64,000 nucleotides of DNA from Chthonomonadales bacterium (GTDB lineage: Bacteria > Armatimonadota > Chthonomonadetes > Chthonomonadales > CAJBBX01). The DNA is taken from assembly GCA_049967475.1 (NCBI GenBank), contig JBMFSQ010000002.1, forward strand, positions 32,001-96,000, in the 5' to 3' direction. Made by a program: the position numbers and the translations under genes. Below, in pieces: positions 30,601 to 39,438 of the stretch (the stretch's first letter is position 1; each line of letters begins with the position of its first letter). The notes beneath the pieces were generated by a model. That model was not told where the DNA came from. It was given only the letters and a program-made list of their open reading frames with translations, and ran no database searches.

Positions 30601-33294
30601 GAAAAACACCAGCGGTATGGATCCGCCCAATTGGGTGTTGGAGAAGGTAAAGCCTGCGTCATCCCGGTTGTACTGGGCATGGAGATCGTTGGAGTAGAAC
30701 GAGTTGGCAGTCGTTCCGTCCAGGGTTAGGGCCCACCCCACATCCTGGCCGTTCACGAAGAGGCGCCCACCTGCAGCAAGAAAGCCATGAAGCTGCGCCT
30801 GAACCTGCAGGTCCGTAAGCGTACCAGGCCCTGTAAAAAGGTTCCCTGTATACGGAGACTGCCAGAAGACGCACCGCGGCGCCACCAGCACGGTTCGCGG
30901 GTTCTTCTCTCCGTTGAGGAGGTCGGGGGGCTGCTGTTCCGTGTGGGGCAGATACTGTTGCAGCACCGCATCGGGAACAGGTCCGCGGCACTGGATGCGC
31001 CAGATGTCATACTGCTGCGTCACAGGCAGATCCACACCGTCCCGCTTCTCGCCGTCCAGTGCAAGGTTATCCTGGTTCAGGAACGTCCAGAAGTCGTTGG
31101 GATCGAAGGCTCCATAGGACTTGACCCCGAGGGCGTTCAGCACGTTCACCAAGGATCCGATCGTCGTGCCGTTGCGATACCGAGAGGGCAGCAGGTTGAC
31201 GTCTATATCCGTCATCCAGCTCTCAGTGCCCCAAAACGTTTGAGACACGTTCACCAAACTGGTATGGGCGAAGCGCGTGGAGAAGAACTTCTGCCCCTCG
31301 GCGTAATCGCTCACGAAGAGGATGCCGTGTGAGGGTAGGAACGCCTGGGTGGTAAAGCCCCCTACGTTGTCGTAGATGATCCAGTTGCTGCCCCGATCTG
31401 CATTCCCCTGGGCGAAGGGGTTGAGGGCGTTATCATAGGCGATCACGTCAATATAGTAATCGGATGGGAAGCGGTCCGTCGTCCATGTGGCGGTATACGT
31501 CTCGATGCCGGTTTGCGGGTCGCGGCTCTCGAGCTGCATCTGCAGCCACCCCTCATCAGGCGGACTTGCCAGCCCGGAGAAGGCAAAGAAATCGTCTATG
31601 CTCGCCGTATAGATGGGGTTTGCATAGGTGTTCACCCGCGGGTCATTCGGATCCGAGCCGATGAAGATCCGCTGCGACTCGTACTCGATCGGCACGTTGA
31701 GGGCGATGTTGGAGTTGTCCAGGTTCAGGTTGTCGAAGAGGTAGACCTTGTGCTCTTTGCCGTCGCTGGATTGATATTTGCTGTTGGGGTTCTTGATCTG
31801 CAGCCACACATCTCGGATGCCGGATTCCAGATCGGCCAACTTGACCTTGATGGTAACGGGTGCACCGGGTGAGCCGATCTTGGGATTTACGCTGACGATC
31901 TCCCCCGTAACTTCATCGAAACGGATCAAGCGCGGGGCATTGAGGTCTATAAGGGTAGATGCAAAGATATCCGCGGGTTGGCCTGCCGGGCCGGAGTCTC
32001 CAGTACCGACGTTGAAGAAGGTGCGGTCCGAAAAATAGGCCACGCGATAGGTGTTTATGAACTGAGGCCATGAAGGCTTGCGATCATCGTAGATGTGGTT
32101 GGGATCGCTGGTGGAAAGCTTGTACGCAGGGTTCGTAAGCGACTCGGGGTTGGACACCGTAAACACCGATGCGTTGTTGGGATCCTGCACGATATTGACC
32201 TTCAGCCAGTAGATGTCGTGCGTCCCGTTGGGGTTCACGCCGTCGGCATTCCCATCCCCTTTGCTGTCGTATCGGGTCGTAGCGAAGGCCAGGAGCTGCT
32301 GTCCGTTGATGAAGTGCTGCGACCCGTTGGGCTGATCAATCTTGTAGGTGCTCCACGCTGGCTCGATATTCTCCGAGCCGGGAATGTTGAAATTGGTGAT
32401 CTGTTTGAGGTTCTGAATAGCCGGATCAATCCCCATCACCCAGATATCGCGTGTAGGCTTGGAGGCAGAGCCTGCCGCATCGGCACGGTCGGAATCAAAA
32501 GCGATGACGGGTTTGGCAGGATCCGGGCTAAGGGTGGGGTTTCGGTCGTTGCAGTTGCCGAACGTCATCTGGGTGACGCGGAGGGACACCACGTCCACTG
32601 CGTAGATATGCCAGTGGGGATCCGCTGTAGTCTGCCCTGCGAAAAGCACGCCCACGCTACCTTCCGGCGCAACGCCATATTCGGGATGGCTCAAGGCGGT
32701 AAACGTGAGCCCGCTTATGTTGTTCTTGATGAGGGAGGTAGTTCTGCCCGACACCAGGTCGAGCTGCACGATATCCACGGAGGCCTGGGTGGTTTCGACG
32801 TAGACCACCGCTCCGCCCGATTGGCTCAAAGCGGGTTCCCGCTGAGACGCGTTGGCTCCCACGCCTTTAGTCGAGAGCGGCCCAGTAAGGGCGACGAGCC
32901 CGGCGCCCCCCGCAGACATCTTGTAAATGTGGGTGGGAGATCCCGGAGGGGGAGGCGTCGTGTCCTTGCCGTTGAGATTTACCCTGTCCGAGTCGAAGAC
33001 GATGGTCTGCTCGTCCTGGGACCAGAATGGGTTCCGGTCCTGAACATTGGGGGTATTGGCGGTCAGGTCCACCGTTTGTGGCGGGATGCCTCCTGCCCGC
33101 GTCTTGCGGAGCGTGCGGTGTACCACTTCCGGCGGAAGCTGCCCATGGAGGTCCACAAAGGGCTTTCCGTGAGGAAGCCGCGTCCCCCCCGTTTGGAGCC
33201 TGCCCTGCCCCAGCGCGGGGTTACCGGGCGCCCACAGCGGCATCATCAAGAGCAGCGCGTAAAGGCAGACGGTGGTCGGTCTCTGGTTTCTCAA
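27679..33294 (-). CDS. 1871-aa exported protein: TolB/PD40 propeller, carboxypeptidase-regulatory-like repeats, shared C-terminal module and FlgD-like Ig
   Basis: Signal peptide; DRNPFWS..IVFDSDR repeats; four G.V.G.V......P..GA.V repeats; GWNLIGDPF; ends WDLKSEQG..LPAGVYTVE..PILVTR. Confidence 0.85.
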   Translation of the reverse strand: MRNQRPTTVCLYALLLMMPLWAPGNPALGQGRLQTGGTRLPHGKPFVDLHGQLPPEVVHRTLRKTRAGGIPPQTVDLTANTPNVQDRNPFWSQDEQTIVFDSDRVNLNGKDTTPPPPGSPTHIYKMSAGGAGLVALTGPLSTKGVGANASQREPALSQSGGAVVYVETTQASVDIVQLDLVSGRTTSLIKNNISGLTFTALSHPEYGVAPEGSVGVLFAGQTTADPHWHIYAVDVVSLRVTQMTFGNCNDRNPTLSPDPAKPVIAFDSDRADAAGSASKPTRDIWVMGIDPAIQNLKQITNFNIPGSENIEPAWSTYKIDQPNGSQHFINGQQLLAFATTRYDSKGDGNADGVNPNGTHDIYWLKVNIVQDPNNASVFTVSNPESLTNPAYKLSTSDPNHIYDDRKPSWPQFINTYRVAYFSDRTFFNVGTGDSGPAGQPADIFASTLIDLNAPRLIRFDEVTGEIVSVNPKIGSPGAPVTIKVKLADLESGIRDVWLQIKNPNSKYQSSDGKEHKVYLFDNLNLDNSNIALNVPIEYESQRIFIGSDPNDPRVNTYANPIYTASIDDFFAFSGLASPPDEGWLQMQLESRDPQTGIETYTATWTTDRFPSDYYIDVIAYDNALNPFAQGNADRGSNWIIYDNVGGFTTQAFLPSHGILFVSDYAEGQKFFSTRFAHTSLVNVSQTFWGTESWMTDIDVNLLPSRYRNGTTIGSLVNVLNALGVKSYGAFDPNDFWTFLNQDNLALDGEKRDGVDLPVTQQYDIWRIQCRGPVPDAVLQQYLPHTEQQPPDLLNGEKNPRTVLVAPRCVFWQSPYTGNLFTGPGTLTDLQVQAQLHGFLAAGGRLFVNGQDVGWALTLDGTTANSFYSNDLHAQYNRDDAGFTFSNTQLGGSIPLVFFFNAAYGLTSAGAYNPITHDPWYKPKAVPNRHHQWPGPPDPPLTMDFISNEGEFLVGGTDPNTPRLYGCPGVQFPDVITPAAGGVSDMTYGGGGTALMHYADTTANSKVVYDSMGIEGLFPDFFNPPNTQNVMALKNRRTEILHNAACWLRTGSVTGTVLDVEAGNPVAGALVRLSNQVNAQGNPVTAYTAITAADGTFAINGVEPDVYEVSAAKAGFQMQRRPLVVLHGGFRTDISFRMTLAADAILSGTVTQMDGTTPVVGATVTATDNLDPTHVLSATTASDGTYTISRVRAGTTYTVTATATGFGSSVPASRPLPDPNDPITTQRDTVVQPAKAYIKFDFKMKAIPGNVTGQVVDGATNAGIPNALVTATSGSQSFTATTDNNGNYTINGLDPGAWVFTGSAAGYGSAQVSVNVVTNTTVTAPVIVLNRVPPGSVYGLVTRTSDGATLAGVTITLLDAAGNTVATTTTFAPATTAPDGSQANYSFTSVPAGITYTVKANLAGYTPSPASRSVAVQSSQASTNVNFQMDPLHTFVGALSLVSAPYGYTVDTATLLGVDPGDAQAGVFRLATWNQGAYVFYPAGVAQNFQLGRGYFMAYKRNLPLTTPGTAADPTQPFNIPLVTGWNLIGDPFALDIDWTKVQVLFSGTLYPHDQAVAAGLVGPALYSFVAGGYVLDFKLSPWKGYWVRAYKDVTLVVDPVNDVYGRAASVKGGNSRAVLGGGSGWSLNIQAQVGNLADQDNYLGVSSRAADGFDGFKAPKPPVFGSDYVYVSFDHKNWGDKSGPYGVDVRSASPGAKSWEFTVQTTVRNSRAVISWPNIATVGRSVMLTLTDLATGEVRDMRSTSSYSWATGTSSLTRTFRVDAVPATRNQLVITNVAARMQPGRSAGVSIAFSLSAPADVQVRILNASGAAVRTLTTGTSRAAGINEVIWDLKSEQGIALPAGVYTVEIRAQSLQGHQAARVVQPILVTR

Positions 33295-33391
33295 GACGAG
33301 TTCTACCTCCTAGAGAGCACGCTTCGTTTCGGGGGGAATCTCCTTCACCGCGGCAGGCACGCCGTCATGGTCGCTCGCCTTACCAGCGGGC

Positions 33392-33420
33392 ATTATAGCA
33401 TGGGCCGATCATTTACGCAA
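33392..33420 (-). promoter_or_regulatory. Sigma70-type promoter for the 33.3-15.2 kb cluster
   Basis: TTGCGT-17bp-TATAAT with extended -10 TGn, about 100 bp upstream of the first gene. Confidence 0.65.
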
Positions 33421-33580
33421 TCCCCCGTTTCACGGCCCAGCTCCTCGCGATCTTCAGCGCGGGCAGGCTCTCTATTGCTTCGCGCAAAACGTGTCCAAAC
33501 CCTTCTTTCTGAAATCCCGCGCACCGGCCGAGGCCGGCACCAGCGCGCGGGACCCCATTCTATCCGAACGGCATCCGCCG

Positions 33581-36468
33581 CTACGGTACCACCTTCAGTG
33601 CGGCATTGCGCACGCGCCCGCCGCTTGCCGCCGTTATGATCACGCTCTGTACTTTCGTCACCGTGCTGGTGAGCACAGGGAACTTCACCACCTGGAACCC
33701 TGCCGTTACGGTAATCGCCGCAGGTACGGTCACGACGGACGGGTTGCTGCTGGACAAGCTCACTGTTTGCCCTCCCAGCGGAGCCGGCACGATCAACGAT
33801 ACGATGCCCGTGCCCATTTTCCCTCCTTTGATTGTGGGCGGAATGAGCATGAGGTTTCCAAGCGGGTACGCGGGGTTGCCGATCTTGATGCGCCAGATGC
33901 CCCGTCCGAAGGTGGCAGCAGAGAGATAGCCCGTGCCGGGCACCGTTTTCAGGTCGTTTACTTGGACGTTGGGCAGCCCCAACGGAACGGTCATATTCGC
34001 CCAAGTTTGGCCACCGTCGGTGGTGGTGAACACCCCTATATCCGTCCCCACGTAGTAGGTGTTCACCGGGTCATTGAGGTCCAGCGCAACGGTGTTGGTC
34101 GGTATGTCCGGAAGAGCCGTGCCGCCGCCTCCGGAAATGTCCGTCCAAACAGTCGGCAGAGCCGTGGTGTCGTCGCACCGCCAAACGTGAGACGTGCCGG
34201 TGCCCGACACGGTTACGATTACGCGGTTCGGGTTGGCAGGCGCAATGGCGACGCCGGTGAGCGAGCGTTTGGGCAGATTGCCCGTGATGTTGCGCCACGT
34301 CTTACCGCCGTCGCGCGTCATGTAGATCACGCCATCGAACGAGCAGGTGTAGATGCGGTTGCTGTCGGAAGGGGCCACCGCCACGAACGACAGGGCATCC
34401 TTGGGAGAAAGCTTCTGCCCACCTAACCGCGGCGTCCATTGAAACTTGTAGTCGTCCCATCGGTACAGGTAGTTCGTTCCGGCATACAGATACCGGGGGT
34501 TCAGTGGGTCCAGAGCAAACGGCGCAATGAAGGCTACATTGTCTGGACCCGTGAAGGGAGCGATAAACTGAATGGACTGCCAGTTATCCTGCGACCTCAC
34601 GATGTAAAGGAATTGGGCGCTGGCGAACTGGATTAGGGGGCTCAAAGGGTTGATCTCGCAGAACGCCCCGTCGCCGCTAAAGACGCTCACCCAGTTGAGA
34701 GGATCCGGGGTGGAGTGCGGGCTGGCATTATCCTGAGCGCCCCCGATGATCTGCGTCGGATCGGAGGGGTGGGGCGAATGGCGGTAGAATTGGGTGATGC
34801 CCAGGGTGCGGTTGAGCGAAGTAATCATCCATGAAAGACCCTGTTCATCGTAGGCGAAGTGATAGGCGCCGCCATCGTTGCCGAGGACTGCCTGGTCCGG
34901 ATCCCGCGGATCAATATCCATCGCGTGCTGATCCGTATGCATGAGCGACATAGACGAATAGACGTTCCCCAAAATCGTCCAGCTCAGGCTCGGAGGATTG
35001 TTGTTGAGGTTGAGGATGCCCTGGTTCAAATCCAGCAGCCCTACGTAAACGTAATCCGTCGGCATGCCGGTGTTGGGATCCAGCCCCACCGTCGTGTTGA
35101 TGTGGTAGTCGTACCACCCTTGGCTCCAATCGTCCTTGAAGCCGGAGGTATTGTCGTTCCAGGTATTCGCGTAGTCGAAGGTCGCCTGGATCTTGGAGTT
35201 CGTGGGTTGGAATAGATCCGGAACCAGAAGGTAGAACACTCCCCTGAAGCGCTTGGAGGCGGCCACGTCTATGCCGGGCACATATCCGGGAGTGTTGCTG
35301 GGGGCGGCAACGGGAAACCATGTCGCTCCATGGTTCACCGACATATAGAGGTACACCGGAAACTCGCTCACAGCAAAGAGCGTCCCGTCGGGCCCCTGCG
35401 TCACGCCGCTCCAGCTTGCAGACGGCACCAGGGAACCCCCGGCCGACTCGTCCACCGGAACGCTCCACGTTTGCCCGGCATCATTGGACACGAGGATGAA
35501 GCCGCTTTGGTTGCGGTCTCCCACCGTCGCGATGACGGTATTCGGGTCTTTCTTATCCACTAGGATCCGGCTCACCCAAAAGCTGCCGAACAGGGGCGAG
35601 GTGAGGTTCGTCCAGGTCTGGCCGCCGTCGGTGGTCTTCATGATCCTTGACCGTATCCGCCAAAGCCGTGGAAATCGCCCGTGCCCACATACACGGTGTT
35701 GTAGTCGGTAGGATCCACAGCGATGGCGCTTACGTTGAGTGTAGGCCATTGATCGCCAAGGGGAACCCAAGTTGTCCCGGCGTCCACACTCTTCCAGAGG
35801 CCGCCCCCGGCAGCTCCGAGCCAAAGAATGCCCGAGGTGTCCACTGGATCCGGCATGATGGGAGCGTACGCGACGGCGTTGACACGGCCGCTGATGTAGC
35901 TGGGCCCGATGCCCCACACGCCCGACGGATGCGTCATGCCTACTGGGCCCACGAATTCCCACAGGGAAGGGGGCGGCTGTGTCATGCCCTGAAGCCGCAC
36001 ACCGCCGGCTCCGGGCTTGGAATTTCGACCGGTCGGCACACGAGGGGGTTTGGCCGCCGGAAGTGCATCCCGCTGCCTCGCCGCCCGGCTGTAGGCTTGC
36101 CAGTTTACATGGTCGTTAGGAAAGGCCCTCTGCTTGATGTAATAGAGGTAGGCGTCCCAGAAGCGCAGCGGAATGTTGGGTATGCCGCCACCGCCGCCGC
36201 TTCCGCCACCCCCTGGGCGCTGGATCGCACCGGGCCGGGCGGGGCTCTGCTTTCTCAATTGGCGCACATAGGCTTCCACCTGGGACACGGAGTTTAAATC
36301 GAGGTGCCGCCCTGCAACGGCTGCCGGAACCGGATGCTGCGCGGAGGTCGCCGGAACCTGACCGTGGGAGACACCGCCAATCACGGACAAGAAGACAGCG
36401 AGCCCACTTTGGTGCGAGACGGACCGCCACCGAATGGGTTTGTACTGGCCAAAGAACGCGCGATGCAT
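33581..36468 (-). pseudogene. Exported BNR/VPS10-type (sialidase-like) propeller protein with C-terminal Ig-like module, interrupted by a 1-nt frameshift near 35645
   Basis: The N-part ...VYVGTGDFHGFGGYGQG and C-part IMKTTDGGQTW... join if one base is added (CAA GG- ATC ATG). Asp-box repeats S.D.G.TW occur in both parts. Confidence 0.8.
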
Positions 36469-36706
36469 GTTTCTAGCCTCCTTGCGCCCGCTTCACCTCA
36501 CGGAGGAGCGGTGCGCCGTTACACTAAGTTCCCGGCCCGCATACCCCCAAAGGGTGCAGACCCGGGCCCATGACCACAACGCGCTTTGCCGGAACAGCCG
36601 TCTTCCGCACCGTCGCCAACAGGTTGTGCAGAAGGTACAACGGAGCGCCGGTACGACTCTGTTGAGCGTGCTCCTCCTCGGCAATACCTCACGGGATTAC
36701 GCCGGG

Positions 36707-37312
36707 TTACACGCTTCCGGCCAACAGGGGCCAAATCTTGCCAACCCTTCGCTTCACCTCCTTCAGGCACGCTTCGTTCCAAATCACAATATGGGCGCGC
36801 CGCATCTTGGCGCCCAACTCCATTTGCGCCCGGATGCGCTGCTCGGCCTCCTGCGCCGGCATCCCATCCCGAAGGGCCAGCCGCCGGATCTGCGCCTCCC
36901 GCGATGCCGCCACCGCCACGATGCGGTGAAACCAGCCTTCCATTCCAGCCTCGAAAAGCAGCGGGGCTTCGACTACGATCACTGCGCCTTCGCCGCGGGC
37001 GCGCTGCACTTCCTGGATGCCCCGGCGCAATTCCGCAAGGATCGCGGGATGCGTCAAGCTCTCCAATCTTCGGCGCGCCTCTTCGTCCGAAAACACGATG
37101 CGCGCCAGCCGCCTGCGGTCTACTCCCCCGTCTGCTGTCAAAATCCCGGCGCCGAACACCTCGGCCACACGGGATGCAATGGGTTGCCCCGGCTCCAGCA
37201 GGCGATGCGCGATGGCATCGGCGCTCAACGTGACGGCGCCCAAATCTGCCAGCATTGCGGCAATCGCGCTCTTGCCGGTGCCTGGTCCGCCCGTCAGCCC
37301 GATTACGGGCAT
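36707..37312 (-). CDS. coaE: Dephospho-CoA kinase
   Basis: IGLTGGPGTGKS, DRRRLARIVF, LESLTHP and EAPLLFE motifs. Confidence 0.95.
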   Translation of the reverse strand: MPVIGLTGGPGTGKSAIAAMLADLGAVTLSADAIAHRLLEPGQPIASRVAEVFGAGILTADGGVDRRRLARIVFSDEEARRRLESLTHPAILAELRRGIQEVQRARGEGAVIVVEAPLLFEAGMEGWFHRIVAVAASREAQIRRLALRDGMPAQEAEQRIRAQMELGAKMRRAHIVIWNEACLKEVKRRVGKIWPLLAGSV

Positions 37313-37336
37313 GTGCCGTTTGCTCCCTAACCCCTC

Positions 37337-38701
37337 TCAGCCTTGCTCGTCGCCCCTCTCTGACCCTTCGTCGGATTGCTGCTGCGCGCGGAACGCATCG
37401 CCGATGGTATAGCGCAATTCCTCGCCGCCGGATTGGGACTGGTAGGTTTCCACCTCTTTGCGTTCCCGCCGCGCCTCTTCTTCGCGCCGAGCCTGCCGCA
37501 GGGAGAGCACCAACCTCCGCTCCTCAGGGCGTATGTCTACCACTTTGGCCTCCACCTCGGAGTCCACTGCAAGGGTTGGCGCCGATTTCGTTCCCTTCTT
37601 GCCGAAGAGTTCCGAGCTGGGGATGATGCCCTCGATGCCGCCCTCCAAACGAACGAATACGCCGAACGGCACGGAGCGGGACACGGTCCCCGTGACCAGA
37701 TCCCCTACGTGATAACGCTCTGCCACAGAAGCCCAGGGATCGGGTTGGTTCTCTCGGAGGCTGAGACTTACCCTGCCGGCATCCAGATCGAGCTTCAGGA
37801 TGACCACCTCGATCTCCTGGCCCTCCTTGAGGACTTCGGAGGGATGGCTGATGCGCGTCCACGACATTTCAGAGATGTGAAGGAGACCGTCTATGCCTCC
37901 CAGATCTACGAAGGCGCCATAGTTCGTGAGGCGCCGCACGATGCCGCGGCGCGTCTGCCCAGGAACCAGGCTGGACACGGTCTCAGCCTTGCGATGGGCC
38001 CGGTCTTCCTCGAGAGCCAATTTGTTGGAGAGGACCACCTTGCGCCGCTCCTTATCCACTTCGATCACCTTGAGCGGGATGGACTGCCCCACGTAGCGCT
38101 CGAGGTTGTTCTTCATGGACCCGCTTCCCACGTGGGACGCCGGAACGAAGCCGCGGATACCCAGATCCACTACGAGGCCGCCCTTCACGCGGTCCGTAAC
38201 CATAGCGGTGAGCGTGCGATTGTGCTGTTTGGCCTCCTGGACGCGCTCCCACGCCTTTTCAAAATCTGCACGCTTCTTAGAAAGGATCAGGTTCCCGTCT
38301 TGGTTCTCGGCCTCCATCACGTACACGTCTATCTTCTCGCCGACGCTCACAATCTCCTCAGCGGGAGTGGTCGTATCGCGTGAGAGTTCACTGCGCCGAA
38401 TGATGCCTTCTGATTTCGTGCCCACGTCAACCAACACGCCTTCGCGGTCAATGTGCACCACCACTCCCTGAACTACATCCCCTTCAGAGAGGGAAGGGAA
38501 GCTGCGGGAGTAGGCCTCGTTGGTTCGGGCCGCGTCTTCGGCATGTTCTTCGTGGGACGCTTGAGCCCTCTGTGCGGCTGACGCGTCTGGTATGGCGCCG
38601 GAGTGCATTGCCTCGGCTTCCCGGCCCTCCTCCTGGGAAGACGTATCGGCCGGTTCGGCTCCTCCGATGCCGGCTGGTTGTTGGTCCATCTCGTTGGTCA
38701 T
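37337..38701 (-). CDS. rpsA: 30S ribosomal protein S1 (4 S1 domains)
   Basis: VDVGTKSEG, VKGGLVVDLGIRGFVPASH, YGAFVDLGGIDGLLHISEMSW and FGVFVRL motifs. Confidence 0.95.
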   Translation of the reverse strand: MTNEMDQQPAGIGGAEPADTSSQEEGREAEAMHSGAIPDASAAQRAQASHEEHAEDAARTNEAYSRSFPSLSEGDVVQGVVVHIDREGVLVDVGTKSEGIIRRSELSRDTTTPAEEIVSVGEKIDVYVMEAENQDGNLILSKKRADFEKAWERVQEAKQHNRTLTAMVTDRVKGGLVVDLGIRGFVPASHVGSGSMKNNLERYVGQSIPLKVIEVDKERRKVVLSNKLALEEDRAHRKAETVSSLVPGQTRRGIVRRLTNYGAFVDLGGIDGLLHISEMSWTRISHPSEVLKEGQEIEVVILKLDLDAGRVSLSLRENQPDPWASVAERYHVGDLVTGTVSRSVPFGVFVRLEGGIEGIIPSSELFGKKGTKSAPTLAVDSEVEAKVVDIRPEERRLVLSLRQARREEEARRERKEVETYQSQSGGEELRYTIGDAFRAQQQSDEGSERGDEQG

Positions 38702-39438
38702 TGGAACTGCGCTCCTCTCGCGACGCCATGTTGGATTGGGAACGGCAGGCGCCGATTACACTCTCGGGGGCGAGGCTTTCGCCCGGCCCATACGGCTCTT
38801 CTCCGCCTCCTAGCCTTCGTGGGACGAGGCTGCAACATCTGCGCACATCTCGTTTCCTACGGCAAACTCCCACCCCAGGCAGCGCGCCGGCCCGTCGCGG
38901 CAGCCGGTCGTGCAGTCTGTTGGTATCTTTTTACTTCTACATCCCCCGCGGAATTCCTGCCGATATCCCGGACATTGGGAGCAGAACTGCCGTGTCCAAC
39001 GCCGTGGCTCAGCGCGCCGTAAGCCCGGTCACGCGAGCGGCCGGCAATGCCGCAGGATGCTTCCGAACTTCTGTCTGAGCAAGATCCCAGCCTAAGAGCC
39101 GCCCTCCTGCCACCTTCGCGCCGCCACGCATGGATGCATGTTCCCACGATGGAACGGATCCCCGCACGGGCTTTGAGTTCCTCGGCGTCCAACCGGTCGA
39201 AAAGGCGCTGCTCGCGCAAGTGGAAGGACTTCGCGGCCGGTCGCCGGGCGCTCCATGCTGGGCGCCGTTGTGCAAACACCAACCGGCTGCGCAATTGTTA
39301 CTGGTCGAAGCCGCCGAAAGCGATGACCTTGGGCATCGGATCCGCCGTTCGCGATGCGTCGGCCAATGCCTCGAGTTCGCCGATCCCCACATACCCCGCG
39401 TCCCGGTACCCCCGATGCTCGCAACTCGGCCGGCACAA

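Noticed and set aside
19581..33294. Flagellar gene cluster (FlgD/FlgT-like domains)
   Set aside because: The domains occur only as modules in exported multidomain proteins; no flagellar structural genes are present.
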